The translations under genes and the position numbers were made by a program. A stretch of DNA of 64,000 nucleotides from Patescibacteria group bacterium (lineage in GTDB: Bacteria > Patescibacteriota > Patescibacteriia > JBDRGY01), in NCBI GenBank assembly GCA_043817315.1, contig JBDRGY010000004.1, positions 64,797 through 128,796 of the forward strand. The letters run 5' to 3'. A model generated the notes under the pieces. That model did no database searches. It was not told the origin of the DNA and worked only from the letters and a program-made list of their open reading frames with translations. Numbering within the stretch: the stretch's first letter is position 1; every line of letters starts with the position of its first letter. This document shows, piece by piece, positions 1 to 10,089 of the stretch.

Positions 1-31
1 ATTATTAAGATACAGGACTAAATAAGAAGAG

Positions 32-43
32 GTTCTTTGACAA
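32..43 (+). promoter_or_regulatory. boxA-like element GTTCTTTGACAA just upstream of murA SD
   Basis: Matches GYTCTTTRANA boxA consensus; same motif precedes three other SD-led genes. Confidence 0.5.
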
Positions 44-58
44 AGAAGGAGGAGAACC

Positions 59-1324
59 ATGGATAGGCTTATCATTCAGGGGCAGTGCAGACTAGAAGGA
101 GAAGTAGAGGTTCTCGGAGTAAAGAATGGGATTCTTCCTATGATGGCGGCCGCCATACTTGGGTCAAAAGGCCAGACTGTTTTGCACAATGTTCCTGACT
201 TGCGAGACATCCACGTTATGTCGCGCGTGTTGGAGGGGATTGGAGCAAGTGTAGAGCATGACTTGCCCACCAGCACCTTGATGATTGATTGTCAACAGAT
301 CTGCAGTAGTCAGGCTCCATACCATTGGGTAAAGCAGATGAGAGCATCCTTTTTGGTCATGGGACCGTTGGTTGCTCGAACAGGATCGGCTAGCGTTTCC
401 TTGCCAGGTGGCTGCTCCATCGGAGCTCGTAAGGTCGATATGCACCTTGAGGCACTCAGGAAGTTTGGTGCGACAGTTGAACAGCGCAGCGGCATGGTTG
501 TTGCTGAGGCAAAAAAGCTTTCCGGCACAGTTTACTGTTTTGATTTTCCTACGCATACTGGTACCGAAAACATCATGATGGCAGCTTGTCTTGCTGACGG
601 CGACACCACTCTGATAAATGCAGCCTGTGAGCCCGAGGTTAGAGATTTGGGTTGTTTGTTGAACGCGATGGGGGCCAAGGTTAGTGGAGCAGGGACTCCA
701 ATTATCAGGATAGAAGGAGTAGATCAACTCCATGGGGTGGAATACTCGGCGCTACCGTCAAGAATCGAGACAGGTTTCTTCATGATCGCAGCGGCAATTA
801 CTGGTGGGGAGATTGTAATCGGCAATGCGATTACAGATAATCTCGGCATGGTAGTAGATAAGTTGAGACAGATCGGAGTCGAGATTAGAGAATTGGGGGG
901 TAACAGAGCATTGGTGAAGAGGACAGGACGTCTGACCCCAGCCAATATCGTTACCTGGCCATTTCCGGGCTTTCCCACCGATCTTCAGCCCCAAACGATG
1001 GCACTCCTAACGCTAGCCGAAGGTGTAAGTGTCGTGAAGGAAACGGTCTTTGAGAAACGGTTCATGCATGTGGATGAACTGAATCGTCTCGGGGCCAGAA
1101 TAACGACTCGTTTTGATGAAGCTGTGATTGAGGGAGTAAACAACCTGACTGGTGCCCCAGTGATGGCCAGCGATCTTCAAGCTGGCGCTTGTCTAGTATT
1201 GGCGGGTATGGCTGCAGGGGGAGAGACCAGCATTGACCGTGTTTACCACATCGATCGTGGGTATGCGAAGATTGAAGAGCGACTTACTAACATCGGAGCG
1301 GCGATAGAGAGAGTCAGCGTTTAA
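59..1324 (+). CDS. murA: UDP-N-acetylglucosamine 1-carboxyvinyltransferase
   Basis: Motifs GVKN, MRAS, LPGGCSIGAR (active-site Cys), PGFPTD, FEKRF, IDRGY; SD AAGGAGG upstream. Confidence 0.93.
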   Translation: MDRLIIQGQCRLEGEVEVLGVKNGILPMMAAAILGSKGQTVLHNVPDLRDIHVMSRVLEGIGASVEHDLPTSTLMIDCQQICSSQAPYHWVKQMRASFLVMGPLVARTGSASVSLPGGCSIGARKVDMHLEALRKFGATVEQRSGMVVAEAKKLSGTVYCFDFPTHTGTENIMMAACLADGDTTLINAACEPEVRDLGCLLNAMGAKVSGAGTPIIRIEGVDQLHGVEYSALPSRIETGFFMIAAAITGGEIVIGNAITDNLGMVVDKLRQIGVEIRELGGNRALVKRTGRLTPANIVTWPFPGFPTDLQPQTMALLTLAEGVSVVKETVFEKRFMHVDELNRLGARITTRFDEAVIEGVNNLTGAPVMASDLQAGACLVLAGMAAGGETSIDRVYHIDRGYAKIEERLTNIGAAIERVSV

Positions 1325-1353
1325 TTGTTGGTAGGATTGAAAGGGGGTAGAAG

Positions 1354-3006
1354 GTGTCTGAAGTCGATGTTTTGTTAGTCCTGCCCCCGATGTATCAATC
1401 GGGGAGGATCCCTGACTACAATCCCAAAGAGCCGATGGGATTGATGTATCTGGCTGGAGAATTGCGCCAGAATGGCTACAGTGTCGAGATACTCGATGCG
1501 GATCTACTTGCCTTAACAGTGGGCGAGACGCTTAGGCGGATTCTGGAGAAAAGGGCCAGAGTAATCGGTTTTTCAGTGATGCAGAGAGCTTTGCCTTCAG
1601 TAAAGATGTTGGTCGAAGGTTTAGATGATGTAAAACCTCGATCCCACATCAGCTGTGGTGGTTTTACTGCTACGCTAAGTGCCAGGTATATTCTGCAGAG
1701 CATTCCCCAAGTTGACTCAATAGTGTTAGGAGAGGGTGAGCTAACCTTTACTAACCTGGTTAGCCAGTTACTTGAGGGAAAAACCTGGCAGGAGACAACA
1801 GGAATTGCATATCGACATGACGGGGTTGTAATAGTGAACCCTCCTGGCCACAAGCCGGATCTCGATTCTCTAACACGCCCTACCCGTGAACTGCTACCTG
1901 TTTGTTTAGAGAAGACCAACTATGCAACAGTGTTGGCCAGTAGGGGCTGTTACGGAGTTTGCACTTTCTGTTGCAACTGCAGCTTCGAACGATGCTCGTT
2001 AGGTCCGAATTGGAGAGGAAGAAAACCAGGGGATGTAGTCGATGAACTTGAGGCAATACATCGAGATCATGGTGTGAGAGTTTTCAAGTTCAATGACCCC
2101 AATCTTTTCGGGCCTGGAAGTGAAGGGAGACAACATGTAGTCGAGATATGCCAAGATATCATTAGGCGGGGCCTTGGAGGTCTTCACTTGATGGCTTTTT
2201 GCCGCTCTAATGATATCGACGAAGAAATCGTCCGGCTGATGAAAAAAGCGGGATTTGAAAGGCTTCTCATCGGAATCGAAACGATTTCTGCGGACGCTTT
2301 GAGACTGTTCCGCAAGGGCGAGACACCGGAGACTGTTCGCCGAACAATTCAGATTCTACGTGAATCCGACATCGATCTAGTCCCTGGATTCATGATTTTT
2401 AATCCCTATACCACCATCGAAACGCTCAAGCAAGACCTGGCTTTTTTGCATGAGTATGGACACACTCCTACTTTAGCAAAGGCCTTAAGAGTGTTTGATG
2501 GAATTCCTCTACAGGGCATGTTGGAGTCAGAAGGCCGACTCGTATGGAGGAACCCAATTGAGGGATACCATGAGTACTTGGTAAGTCCTGATGTGGCAGC
2601 CATTTATATGGCACTTAAAACCGTTGCCGTGGAGTGGCTCGACACATTCAAGAAGGCTTACCAGGGAGAGCTTTGGGGGATTAAAAAAGCCCCGTCGTTT
2701 AAGGAGCGGCAGGGGTTTGACATCCTGAATCGATTAACCTTCAACTTGGAATCTAGGCTGCTTACGGCCTTTATCACTTGGATGGAGAGTGGCTTTACTC
2801 TCCAGGATATCGTTGGACTAATGACAGATACCCGACGCCGCTTACGATACCTTGAGGATTTTACCTTGATGGCCTCGGACGAAAATCAGCCCGTTCTTTC
2901 CAGTCAGATTCTGTCCTCAAGAGAACTGGCTGGTAAAATTCACACTATCCTAACCCACAAGGTATATCGTACATTTCCTGAACAATACAGATGGAAAGAT
3001 GATTAG
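1354..3006 (+). CDS. B12-binding domain radical SAM protein
   Basis: N-terminal EPMGLMYLAG...DAD...GG...GEGE cobalamin-binding-type domain; SRGCYGVCTFC (CxxxCxxC). Confidence 0.9.
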   Translation: MSEVDVLLVLPPMYQSGRIPDYNPKEPMGLMYLAGELRQNGYSVEILDADLLALTVGETLRRILEKRARVIGFSVMQRALPSVKMLVEGLDDVKPRSHISCGGFTATLSARYILQSIPQVDSIVLGEGELTFTNLVSQLLEGKTWQETTGIAYRHDGVVIVNPPGHKPDLDSLTRPTRELLPVCLEKTNYATVLASRGCYGVCTFCCNCSFERCSLGPNWRGRKPGDVVDELEAIHRDHGVRVFKFNDPNLFGPGSEGRQHVVEICQDIIRRGLGGLHLMAFCRSNDIDEEIVRLMKKAGFERLLIGIETISADALRLFRKGETPETVRRTIQILRESDIDLVPGFMIFNPYTTIETLKQDLAFLHEYGHTPTLAKALRVFDGIPLQGMLESEGRLVWRNPIEGYHEYLVSPDVAAIYMALKTVAVEWLDTFKKAYQGELWGIKKAPSFKERQGFDILNRLTFNLESRLLTAFITWMESGFTLQDIVGLMTDTRRRLRYLEDFTLMASDENQPVLSSQILSSRELAGKIHTILTHKVYRTFPEQYRWKDD

Positions 3007-3045
3007 GGCTGTTCAAGTTAATCGCTTGAATAGCCCATTTTTTTT
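3006..3045 (+). terminator. Intrinsic terminator overlapping the next promoter
   Basis: GGGCTGTTCAAG/CTTGAATAGCCC stem followed by T-run; TTGAAT-N16-TATAAT (3026-3053) embedded. Confidence 0.7.
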
Positions 3046-3059
3046 GCTATAATGTATAT

Positions 3060-3614
3060 ATGGAAGACAATATTAAAAAGATCACACAGTACATCTTCTT
3101 AGAATCTAAACCCTGCAAGGCAGACTTGGTATTTATTTTTGGTACTCGCCATAAAGAGGCCCTGAATAAATTTCTGGAACTATATAGTCAAGGTTTGGTC
3201 CAGAAGGTGATTGTTAGTGGAGGCATCAATAAGGTGACTGGTCAGAATGAGGCGGAGGCTATGGCCAGTTTTTTGATTGACAAGGGGGTCCCCAAAGAAG
3301 ATATCATGGTTGAAAATCAATCGAGTAATTCGCTGGAAAACGTTTTACTCTCTAGAAAAATAATTGAAAAAAAGACTAGCTATAGTAACCTTAAAAAAAT
3401 ATTAGTGATTGTTAAGCATTATCATTCCCGAAGAGCCTTGATGACTTTAAAAAAGCATTTTCCTAAAACTGTTAAGTTTATACCAGTTACCTACGAGGTA
3501 TACGGATTTAGCAGAGAAAACTGGTCGACCACAAAATTGGGCAAAGAGAAGGTGATGAGCGAATATCAGAAAGTAAAAGAATACCTCAAGCAAGGCGATT
3601 TGGAAGAATTATAA
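3060..3614 (+). CDS. YdcF/DUF218 (SanA/ElyC-like) protein
   Basis: ADLVFIFG, IVSGG, EAEAM, E.QSSNSLEN, HYHSRRA motifs. Confidence 0.85.
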   Translation: MEDNIKKITQYIFLESKPCKADLVFIFGTRHKEALNKFLELYSQGLVQKVIVSGGINKVTGQNEAEAMASFLIDKGVPKEDIMVENQSSNSLENVLLSRKIIEKKTSYSNLKKILVIVKHYHSRRALMTLKKHFPKTVKFIPVTYEVYGFSRENWSTTKLGKEKVMSEYQKVKEYLKQGDLEEL

Positions 3615-3641
3615 CTTCAATAACAATTAAGCGACAAAACT

Positions 3642-6600
3642 ATGAACAAAAAAATCTGGCTCAAAATTGTGCTGCCCATTGTGGTTGTGGTTATCGTAGC
3701 AGGAGGGGCAGTTTATTATTTTTATTATTACGAGAAACCGGTTGATGAGGAAGAGGAAAAACCGCCTATTGTGGTTGATGTGGTACACGCCGAAGAAAAT
3801 TTCGATTTGGTTCCTGTTGACAAGGACAGCCTGGGCATAGCCAAAGACACTTCTTTTACTCTTACCAGTGAGGCAGAAATTGATAAGTCAAAAGTTAAAG
3901 AAAGTTTAGCCGTGGAGCCAAAAGTAGAGTTTGCTGTCAAAGAGGTTAGCAGCAAAGAATTTGAGATTACTCCAGAAACAGATTTAACTGACAATGAAGT
4001 TTATCAATTTTCCATTACAACGGAGGCAGTAAATGGTGAGGAGGCCCCAACTCTTAGAGAGTACAACTGGGCTTATCAGACCAAAAACCCTATCAAAGTT
4101 TTAAGCACGTTGCCAAGAGACGAAGGCACCTATGTGCCTACCAATTCCGGTGTTGAAGTTACTTTCTCCAACGGAAATTTTAGTAATTTTGAGGATTATT
4201 TTGAAATAAGTCCCAAGACAAATGGCACTTTTGAGAAGCACAAAAGGACGGCTGTTTTTGCTCCCGAGGCCTTACAGCCAGAAACTCTATACACGGTAAC
4301 TGTGAAAGCTGATCTGCCTTTTTCGGGAACCAGCGACCGGTTGGCTGAAGATTACGTCTTCCAATTCGAAACCGAAGACAACGAACAAACTCCACAACAA
4401 GTTACCTATTTATATTTCAATGCCTATTTACATGATTTTAGCGCTTCTGATATTCCGTCCCTGGAAGTCTATTCCTATCCCGATGGCGTAGAGAGAGATT
4501 ATATTGTCTACCAATATGATACTTTTGATGATTTTGCTGATTCGGTAGATCAGTATGCCGAGCTACCCACCTGGGTCAACTACTCCAGACAAGGCTTCAA
4601 CGTTGCTACTGATGGTTTGACCGAGGCGTTGCGTTTTACCGCTGCCCCCCAAGAGGGCGAATACCGAAAATTTGTTGTCTTGCCAGAATCGCTGCGTAAC
4701 GGTTATTACCTGATTGAGACGGAAGTTAACAATAAGAAGGTACAGGCCTGGATTCAGATTAGTGATCAGGCTTCCTATTTGTCGGTCAGCAAAACCCAAA
4801 CTCTGGTTTGGGTTAACGATTTGGTAAATCAAGAACCTTTTGTTGATGTTACCTTGAACCTCTCCGGGGAAACCGAGACTTTCACTACTAATAGTTACGG
4901 CGTGGCTGCCTTTGATACGCCGGATCAACTTGTCGACCAGACCATGGATGCTTCTTATTATTACGTGGCTACTTCGCCGGACGGCTATAAGACAATCCTT
5001 CCGGCCTTTTCTACCACTAGACGCTATTATTCCGGCATCTGGAGTTGGGGAACTGATTCCGATCATTGGGCCTACCTATATGAAGACAAGCCGCTTTATT
5101 TACCGACCGATACCATCAAATTCTGGGGTTTAGCCAAAGCCAGAACCGGAATAGAACAAACGGAAACAGTCACTGTCAGTTTAGCCGGCTACAGTTACCG
5201 AGATTATAACTATAATGCGGTTAGTCTGGCCGAAACAGAAGTAGAGGTTAACGAATATGGCACCTACCTGGGAGAACTGGCCATCAATGACGTTACCCCA
5301 GGTTACTATACTCTCAGAGCTGAAATCGGGGATCGAACGATTTCTTCTACTAGTATATATGTAAAGACCTACACTAAACCGGCTTACTCCATTGATCTGA
5401 CCACTGATAAACAGGTTTATCTGGATGGAGAGACTGGGACTGCCACTATAGCTTCAGAGTTTTTTGAGGGAACTCCAGTTCCCAGCGTGGATATCTCCCA
5501 TAATGTCGGTGGTGAGGGAGAAATTACTACCAACGAATTAGGACAGGCCGCAGTTGATTTTACCGCCCAATACGATTCCAGTTATTGGGCAAGATATGAC
5601 AGCCAATGGCTAAATGCTTCCAGTAAAATGGCAGAAGAAGGAGACATTAGCTCCAGTCTCTATTATGCCGTTTATCCCTCTAATGTTTACATGGATGTGG
5701 AGACATCCCATGCTGATGAACAGGGGAATGTCAACGTGCAGCTTAATTATCTAGACCTGGAAGCGATGAACGATCCTGATTATTCTATCTGGTCCACTCC
5801 AGTTTTAGGGGCAGTGGTTCCCGATATCAATGTCAGCGGTACAATCGTAGAGAAATACTGGGAAAAAGTGGAAACCGGTTCCTATTATGATTTTATTAAT
5901 AAAGTAACCAGGAAAACTTATCGCTACGAAGAACGACAGAATGATGTCGGCAGTTTCTACGGCACCACTGATGCTGGTGGCAGTTATGATTACAATTTTG
6001 ATGTGGCTGATAAGAAATATTACGAGATTACAGTTAATTATACTGATGCTGCAGGCCGAGAGGTAGAAAGAAGAGCTTGGTTAAGCACCGGTTGGTACTT
6101 TAGTTCTTATAGCTCAGAATCACAGATTAACATAAGGATTGTTGGTGATCAGGTCAATTATCAGTTGGGTGATCAAGTTGACGTGGTTCTTTCCCAGGGT
6201 GACCAAACCTTGCCCAGTGGTACTGAACCCAATAACTATCTGTTTTATAAATCCAGCCTGGGTATTAAGGATTATTGGGTGCATGACAGTCCGGAATATT
6301 CCTTTACCTACGACGAGCAGTTGATGCCTAATGCTTATGTTTTCGGGGTAATGTTTGACGGAGCTCATTATGTCACGGCCCAAGAAAAATACGCTTCCAT
6401 AGAATATGATTCATCAGAGAAAAATCTCAATTTTGAGGTTACTACCGATAAAGAAAGATATCTTCCTGGTGACGAGGTGGATATAACAGTGACAGTAACC
6501 GATCAAAATGATGATCCAGTCCGGGCCAAGCTAAATATTAATCTGGTTGATGAAGCCCTGTTCAAATTACGAGAACAGTCGGTAGATACTCTGACTGGAG

Positions 6601-8957
6601 TTTATCAATCGGTCAAAACCGGAATTCTTAGTTCTTACGTTTCTCACGAAAAGCAGGCCCTAGACGCAGTGGGAGCGGAAGGGGGAGGTTGCTTTGTCAA
6701 AGGAACTCCAGTTTTGATGGAGGGCGGTCAATACAAAAACATCGAAGATATTAAGGTAGGAGATACGGTGCTGACCAAAGTAGCAACCTGGAGTGATCGT
6801 TTGGTCCCGTCTCGGGTGAGTAATACCTTTGAACATCTGGTTAACGAGTATCTTTTGATCAATGACCAACTGGAAATTACTCCCAATCATGTTATTTGGG
6901 TCAACGGTCAGTGGCTGCCAGCCTCGATGATTAGCATTGGCGACAGACTACTGAATAAAGACAGCCAAGAATTTGTGGTTAAATCGATAGAAAAAAAGAC
7001 AGGTAGTATTTATGTCTACAACCTTCACACCGAGAAGTATCATACCTTTATCGCTTCCGATATCTATGTGCACAACGATAAAGGGGGCAACATACGAGAA
7101 AATTTTCAGGATACAGCCCTGTTTCAAGAACTGGAGACTGACCGCAACGGAGAAGCCACCGTAGAATTCGATTTGCCGGATAATATCACTTCCTGGCGGG
7201 TAACCACTCAAGCTATTACCCAGGATCTGGAAGCTGGTCATACCAATAAATTAATTCCGGTCTCCTTGCCCTTTTTCGTGGAAACAACCCTGACAGATCA
7301 GTATCTGACCGGGGATCAGCCGATATTGAAGATCAGGTCATTCGGCACAGCTTTATCGTCATCAGATAGTGTCAGTTATCAGGTGGAATGTGATACTTTG
7401 GGTATAGATGAGACGGTATTAGGACAAGCCTTCACTTCATCTTTCTACTCGTTGCCCAGCCTGACAGCGGGCACGCATGAGATCATTGTTTCCGGTGAAT
7501 CGGGCGATAATGAAGATGCTATTAAAAAGACAATAACGGTTGTTGATTCCCATTGGCAGAAACAGGAAGATAGTTATTATTTGCTGGATGAGGGTTTGGA
7601 GATTACTGGTGCGGAGACGGGTCGGACTACACTAGTCTTTACTGACCAAAACCGTGGTTATTTCTACCGGGATCTGCTTAGAATGTCTTGGTACTGGGGT
7701 CATCGGGTAGACCAGAGATATGCCCAAAAAATGGGAATGGAATTATTGAACCAGTATTTTGAGGAGAACTACGAAATACCGGGTTTTGATGGTAATCAGT
7801 ACCAAACTCCAGACGGAGCCATTGGTATCCTGCCTTATGCTGACCATGACTTAGCCTTATCCGGTCATATGGCCCATCTGGCAGCGGCTGAATTTGACCA
7901 AGTAGCTTTGGCTAATTTCTTCTATGCTTATCTGGACGATGCCAACGCTACTTTAGAAGAAGTCAGCCTGGCCCTGTTCGGCCTGGCCAATCTGGATGAA
8001 CCGGTACTCAACCTGATTATTGACCTGCTTACCAATAATGATTTGGCAGACTCACAAAGAATCTATCTGGCTATCGGGTTGGAAAGATTGGGGGCAGGGG
8101 AGCTGGCCCGGGAGATTTATTATGAAATTTTCGATGAATATGGCGAGGAAATGGAACCGTATATTCGCATCATGTTGGGCGAAGACGAAGATGATTACCT
8201 GCAGTATTCTATTCTGATGGCCATCTTAGCCAATCGTCTCAATGCCAGCGAAGAAGAAATGCTGTTTGGCTACGTGCGTGATCACCATCCCACTGATATT
8301 CTGATCAACGTAGAAAAATTGACCTACCTCCAAGAAGCCATTCCCGAGCTATCCGCCGATCCGGTTAGCTTTGATTATCAATATGGTAGCACCAGCGACA
8401 CAGTTACCCTGGAAAAGGGACAGAAATTTTCCTTGCAGCTGACAGCTGATCAATTGTCCGACCTCGAATTTTCCAATATCTCTGGATCAGTAGGATTGGT
8501 TAGTCATTATGCGGTGGCTGTTTCGCCCTCTTCCATAACTCCTGATACCAACCTGACAGTGACTCGAAGCTACTCGTTGGTCGGTGGCGATACCATGAGT
8601 ACCTTTGCTGACGGCGATATCGTCAAGGTAACTATCAAGCCAACAATTGGTGCTAATGCCATTGATGATTACTATCAAGTGACCGATTATCTGCCGGCTG
8701 GCCTGTCGATCTTGACCAGGCCTTATTCCCGCTTAGGTCAGGGCGCCTACGATGCCAGTTATGCCTACAAGATAAACGGGCAAGTGATTAGTTTCAGAAC
8801 TTATAGAGATTCTACTCAAGATGATATTTATTACTATGCCCGTATCCGCACTCTGGGGACCTATAAAGCTGATTCGGTATTGATGCAATCTTATAACGCC
8901 AAAGACAGCCTCAATATCACGGACACGGACACAATCACCCTGCAACAACCTCTCTAA
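3642..8957 (+). CDS. Membrane-anchored alpha-2-macroglobulin family protein with N-terminal Ig-like domains and an internal Hint domain
   Basis: N-terminal TM; DKPLYLPTDT (MG2), TDKERYLPGD, LVDEALF, RENFQDTA...LPDNITSWRV, DYLPAGL A2M motifs. Confidence 0.9.
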   Translation: MNKKIWLKIVLPIVVVVIVAGGAVYYFYYYEKPVDEEEEKPPIVVDVVHAEENFDLVPVDKDSLGIAKDTSFTLTSEAEIDKSKVKESLAVEPKVEFAVKEVSSKEFEITPETDLTDNEVYQFSITTEAVNGEEAPTLREYNWAYQTKNPIKVLSTLPRDEGTYVPTNSGVEVTFSNGNFSNFEDYFEISPKTNGTFEKHKRTAVFAPEALQPETLYTVTVKADLPFSGTSDRLAEDYVFQFETEDNEQTPQQVTYLYFNAYLHDFSASDIPSLEVYSYPDGVERDYIVYQYDTFDDFADSVDQYAELPTWVNYSRQGFNVATDGLTEALRFTAAPQEGEYRKFVVLPESLRNGYYLIETEVNNKKVQAWIQISDQASYLSVSKTQTLVWVNDLVNQEPFVDVTLNLSGETETFTTNSYGVAAFDTPDQLVDQTMDASYYYVATSPDGYKTILPAFSTTRRYYSGIWSWGTDSDHWAYLYEDKPLYLPTDTIKFWGLAKARTGIEQTETVTVSLAGYSYRDYNYNAVSLAETEVEVNEYGTYLGELAINDVTPGYYTLRAEIGDRTISSTSIYVKTYTKPAYSIDLTTDKQVYLDGETGTATIASEFFEGTPVPSVDISHNVGGEGEITTNELGQAAVDFTAQYDSSYWARYDSQWLNASSKMAEEGDISSSLYYAVYPSNVYMDVETSHADEQGNVNVQLNYLDLEAMNDPDYSIWSTPVLGAVVPDINVSGTIVEKYWEKVETGSYYDFINKVTRKTYRYEERQNDVGSFYGTTDAGGSYDYNFDVADKKYYEITVNYTDAAGREVERRAWLSTGWYFSSYSSESQINIRIVGDQVNYQLGDQVDVVLSQGDQTLPSGTEPNNYLFYKSSLGIKDYWVHDSPEYSFTYDEQLMPNAYVFGVMFDGAHYVTAQEKYASIEYDSSEKNLNFEVTTDKERYLPGDEVDITVTVTDQNDDPVRAKLNINLVDEALFKLREQSVDTLTGVYQSVKTGILSSYVSHEKQALDAVGAEGGGCFVKGTPVLMEGGQYKNIEDIKVGDTVLTKVATWSDRLVPSRVSNTFEHLVNEYLLINDQLEITPNHVIWVNGQWLPASMISIGDRLLNKDSQEFVVKSIEKKTGSIYVYNLHTEKYHTFIASDIYVHNDKGGNIRENFQDTALFQELETDRNGEATVEFDLPDNITSWRVTTQAITQDLEAGHTNKLIPVSLPFFVETTLTDQYLTGDQPILKIRSFGTALSSSDSVSYQVECDTLGIDETVLGQAFTSSFYSLPSLTAGTHEIIVSGESGDNEDAIKKTITVVDSHWQKQEDSYYLLDEGLEITGAETGRTTLVFTDQNRGYFYRDLLRMSWYWGHRVDQRYAQKMGMELLNQYFEENYEIPGFDGNQYQTPDGAIGILPYADHDLALSGHMAHLAAAEFDQVALANFFYAYLDDANATLEEVSLALFGLANLDEPVLNLIIDLLTNNDLADSQRIYLAIGLERLGAGELAREIYYEIFDEYGEEMEPYIRIMLGEDEDDYLQYSILMAILANRLNASEEEMLFGYVRDHHPTDILINVEKLTYLQEAIPELSADPVSFDYQYGSTSDTVTLEKGQKFSLQLTADQLSDLEFSNISGSVGLVSHYAVAVSPSSITPDTNLTVTRSYSLVGGDTMSTFADGDIVKVTIKPTIGANAIDDYYQVTDYLPAGLSILTRPYSRLGQGAYDASYAYKINGQVISFRTYRDSTQDDIYYYARIRTLGTYKADSVLMQSYNAKDSLNITDTDTITLQQPL
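6690..7076 (+). other. Hint / bacterial intein-like domain (129 aa) inside A2M
   Basis: Starts CFVKGTPV; block B ITPNH; ends VYNL...YVHN; no endonuclease; +1 residue is Asp. Confidence 0.9.
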
Positions 8958-8959
8958 TA

Positions 8960-9829
8960 ATGCCTAAAAGTAACATAATAATCGCTTGCAGTATTTTAGT
9001 TGTTCTGTTTGGAATTGTTTATATTTGGCAGTGGGCAGTAACAAACGAGACCGTAGTTATCAATAATAACCAGATTAACCCCAGCATTTATTCGGCAGTT
9101 GATTTTGCAGCCAGTACAGAGAAATTAACCTTACCGACTCAGTGCTTTCAAGAGTTTCAAGGAGGGATTGTCACTCATCACGATATAGCCAGTTCTCTGG
9201 TCGGAGAGTTTTTTCAATGTATTTCCAAGAGCAATGCTCCCCGGACGATTATCCTGATCGGCCCCAATCATAGCCAGCAAGGGCCCCCGGTTTTGTCAGC
9301 CAGTCGCGATTGGCATACGCCATTTGGGGACTTGGAGCTGGACCGAGACAAAATGGAAGAGCTTCAAGGTTTATATCAAGTGGACGATGAAGCCCTGATT
9401 GCAGATCACAGCATCAGCTTTATGATTCCCTATATAAAGTACTATTTCCCGGAAGCTAAGGTAATTCCGTTGTTGGTCAAATACAGCTACATCAGGTCGG
9501 AAGCCGATAAGGGGATAGCCTTATTGAAGAAAGTAATTGACGAACAGACATTCATTCTGGGCTCCTTGGATTTTTCGCACTACCTGACCAAGAATCAAGC
9601 TGACAAGAATGATAAAATCAGTAAAGAAATTGTAACCAACTTCGATCTGGATGATGTTTATAATCACGCTGATGGCTTCTACGACTGCGCTCCCGGTCTT
9701 TTTATAATTCTTTCTCTGATGCAGGACCTGGAACATAAAAATATAATTGAATTAAACCACGCCAACTCTTTCGATTTTACCGGGAACCCCTACAACACTA
9801 CCAGTTATTTTAGCTGGTTATTTAGCTAG
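8960..9829 (+). CDS. MEMO1 / AmmeMemoRadiSam protein B family, N-terminally membrane anchored
   Basis: GIVTHH, LIGPNH, TPFG, DHS, SLDFSHY, TSY motifs; N-terminal TM. Confidence 0.85.
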   Translation: MPKSNIIIACSILVVLFGIVYIWQWAVTNETVVINNNQINPSIYSAVDFAASTEKLTLPTQCFQEFQGGIVTHHDIASSLVGEFFQCISKSNAPRTIILIGPNHSQQGPPVLSASRDWHTPFGDLELDRDKMEELQGLYQVDDEALIADHSISFMIPYIKYYFPEAKVIPLLVKYSYIRSEADKGIALLKKVIDEQTFILGSLDFSHYLTKNQADKNDKISKEIVTNFDLDDVYNHADGFYDCAPGLFIILSLMQDLEHKNIIELNHANSFDFTGNPYNTTSYFSWLFS

Positions 9830-9879
9830 AACTTAAAAAATATTCTGCCCAAACCGGTAGAATATTTTTTGTTATCAAC

Positions 9880-9908
9880 TTGACGCAAGGGGGGATTGAC
9901 GATAAACT
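9880..9908 (+). promoter_or_regulatory. sigma70-type promoter for ssb region
   Basis: TTGACG-N17-TAAACT. Confidence 0.55.
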
Positions 9909-10089
9909 TAAGTTAGTAATCAGCCGTCGCAGAGAAGTAGCGCCGTCGCATATCGAACCATAAAAAGCAAAAAGAAAATGATATCAGTGCCTCGACAGTA
10001 TGTCAGAAGAATAGCGCCGTCGCCTTGATCTGAGGATAAGTGAATAGAATTGTCTATATGCGGGGAAGAATAATTAATAAATCATAGAA

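Noticed and set aside
6690-7076. Canonical mobile splicing intein
   Set aside because: No homing endonuclease and the +1 residue is Asp; treated as a Hint/BIL domain instead.
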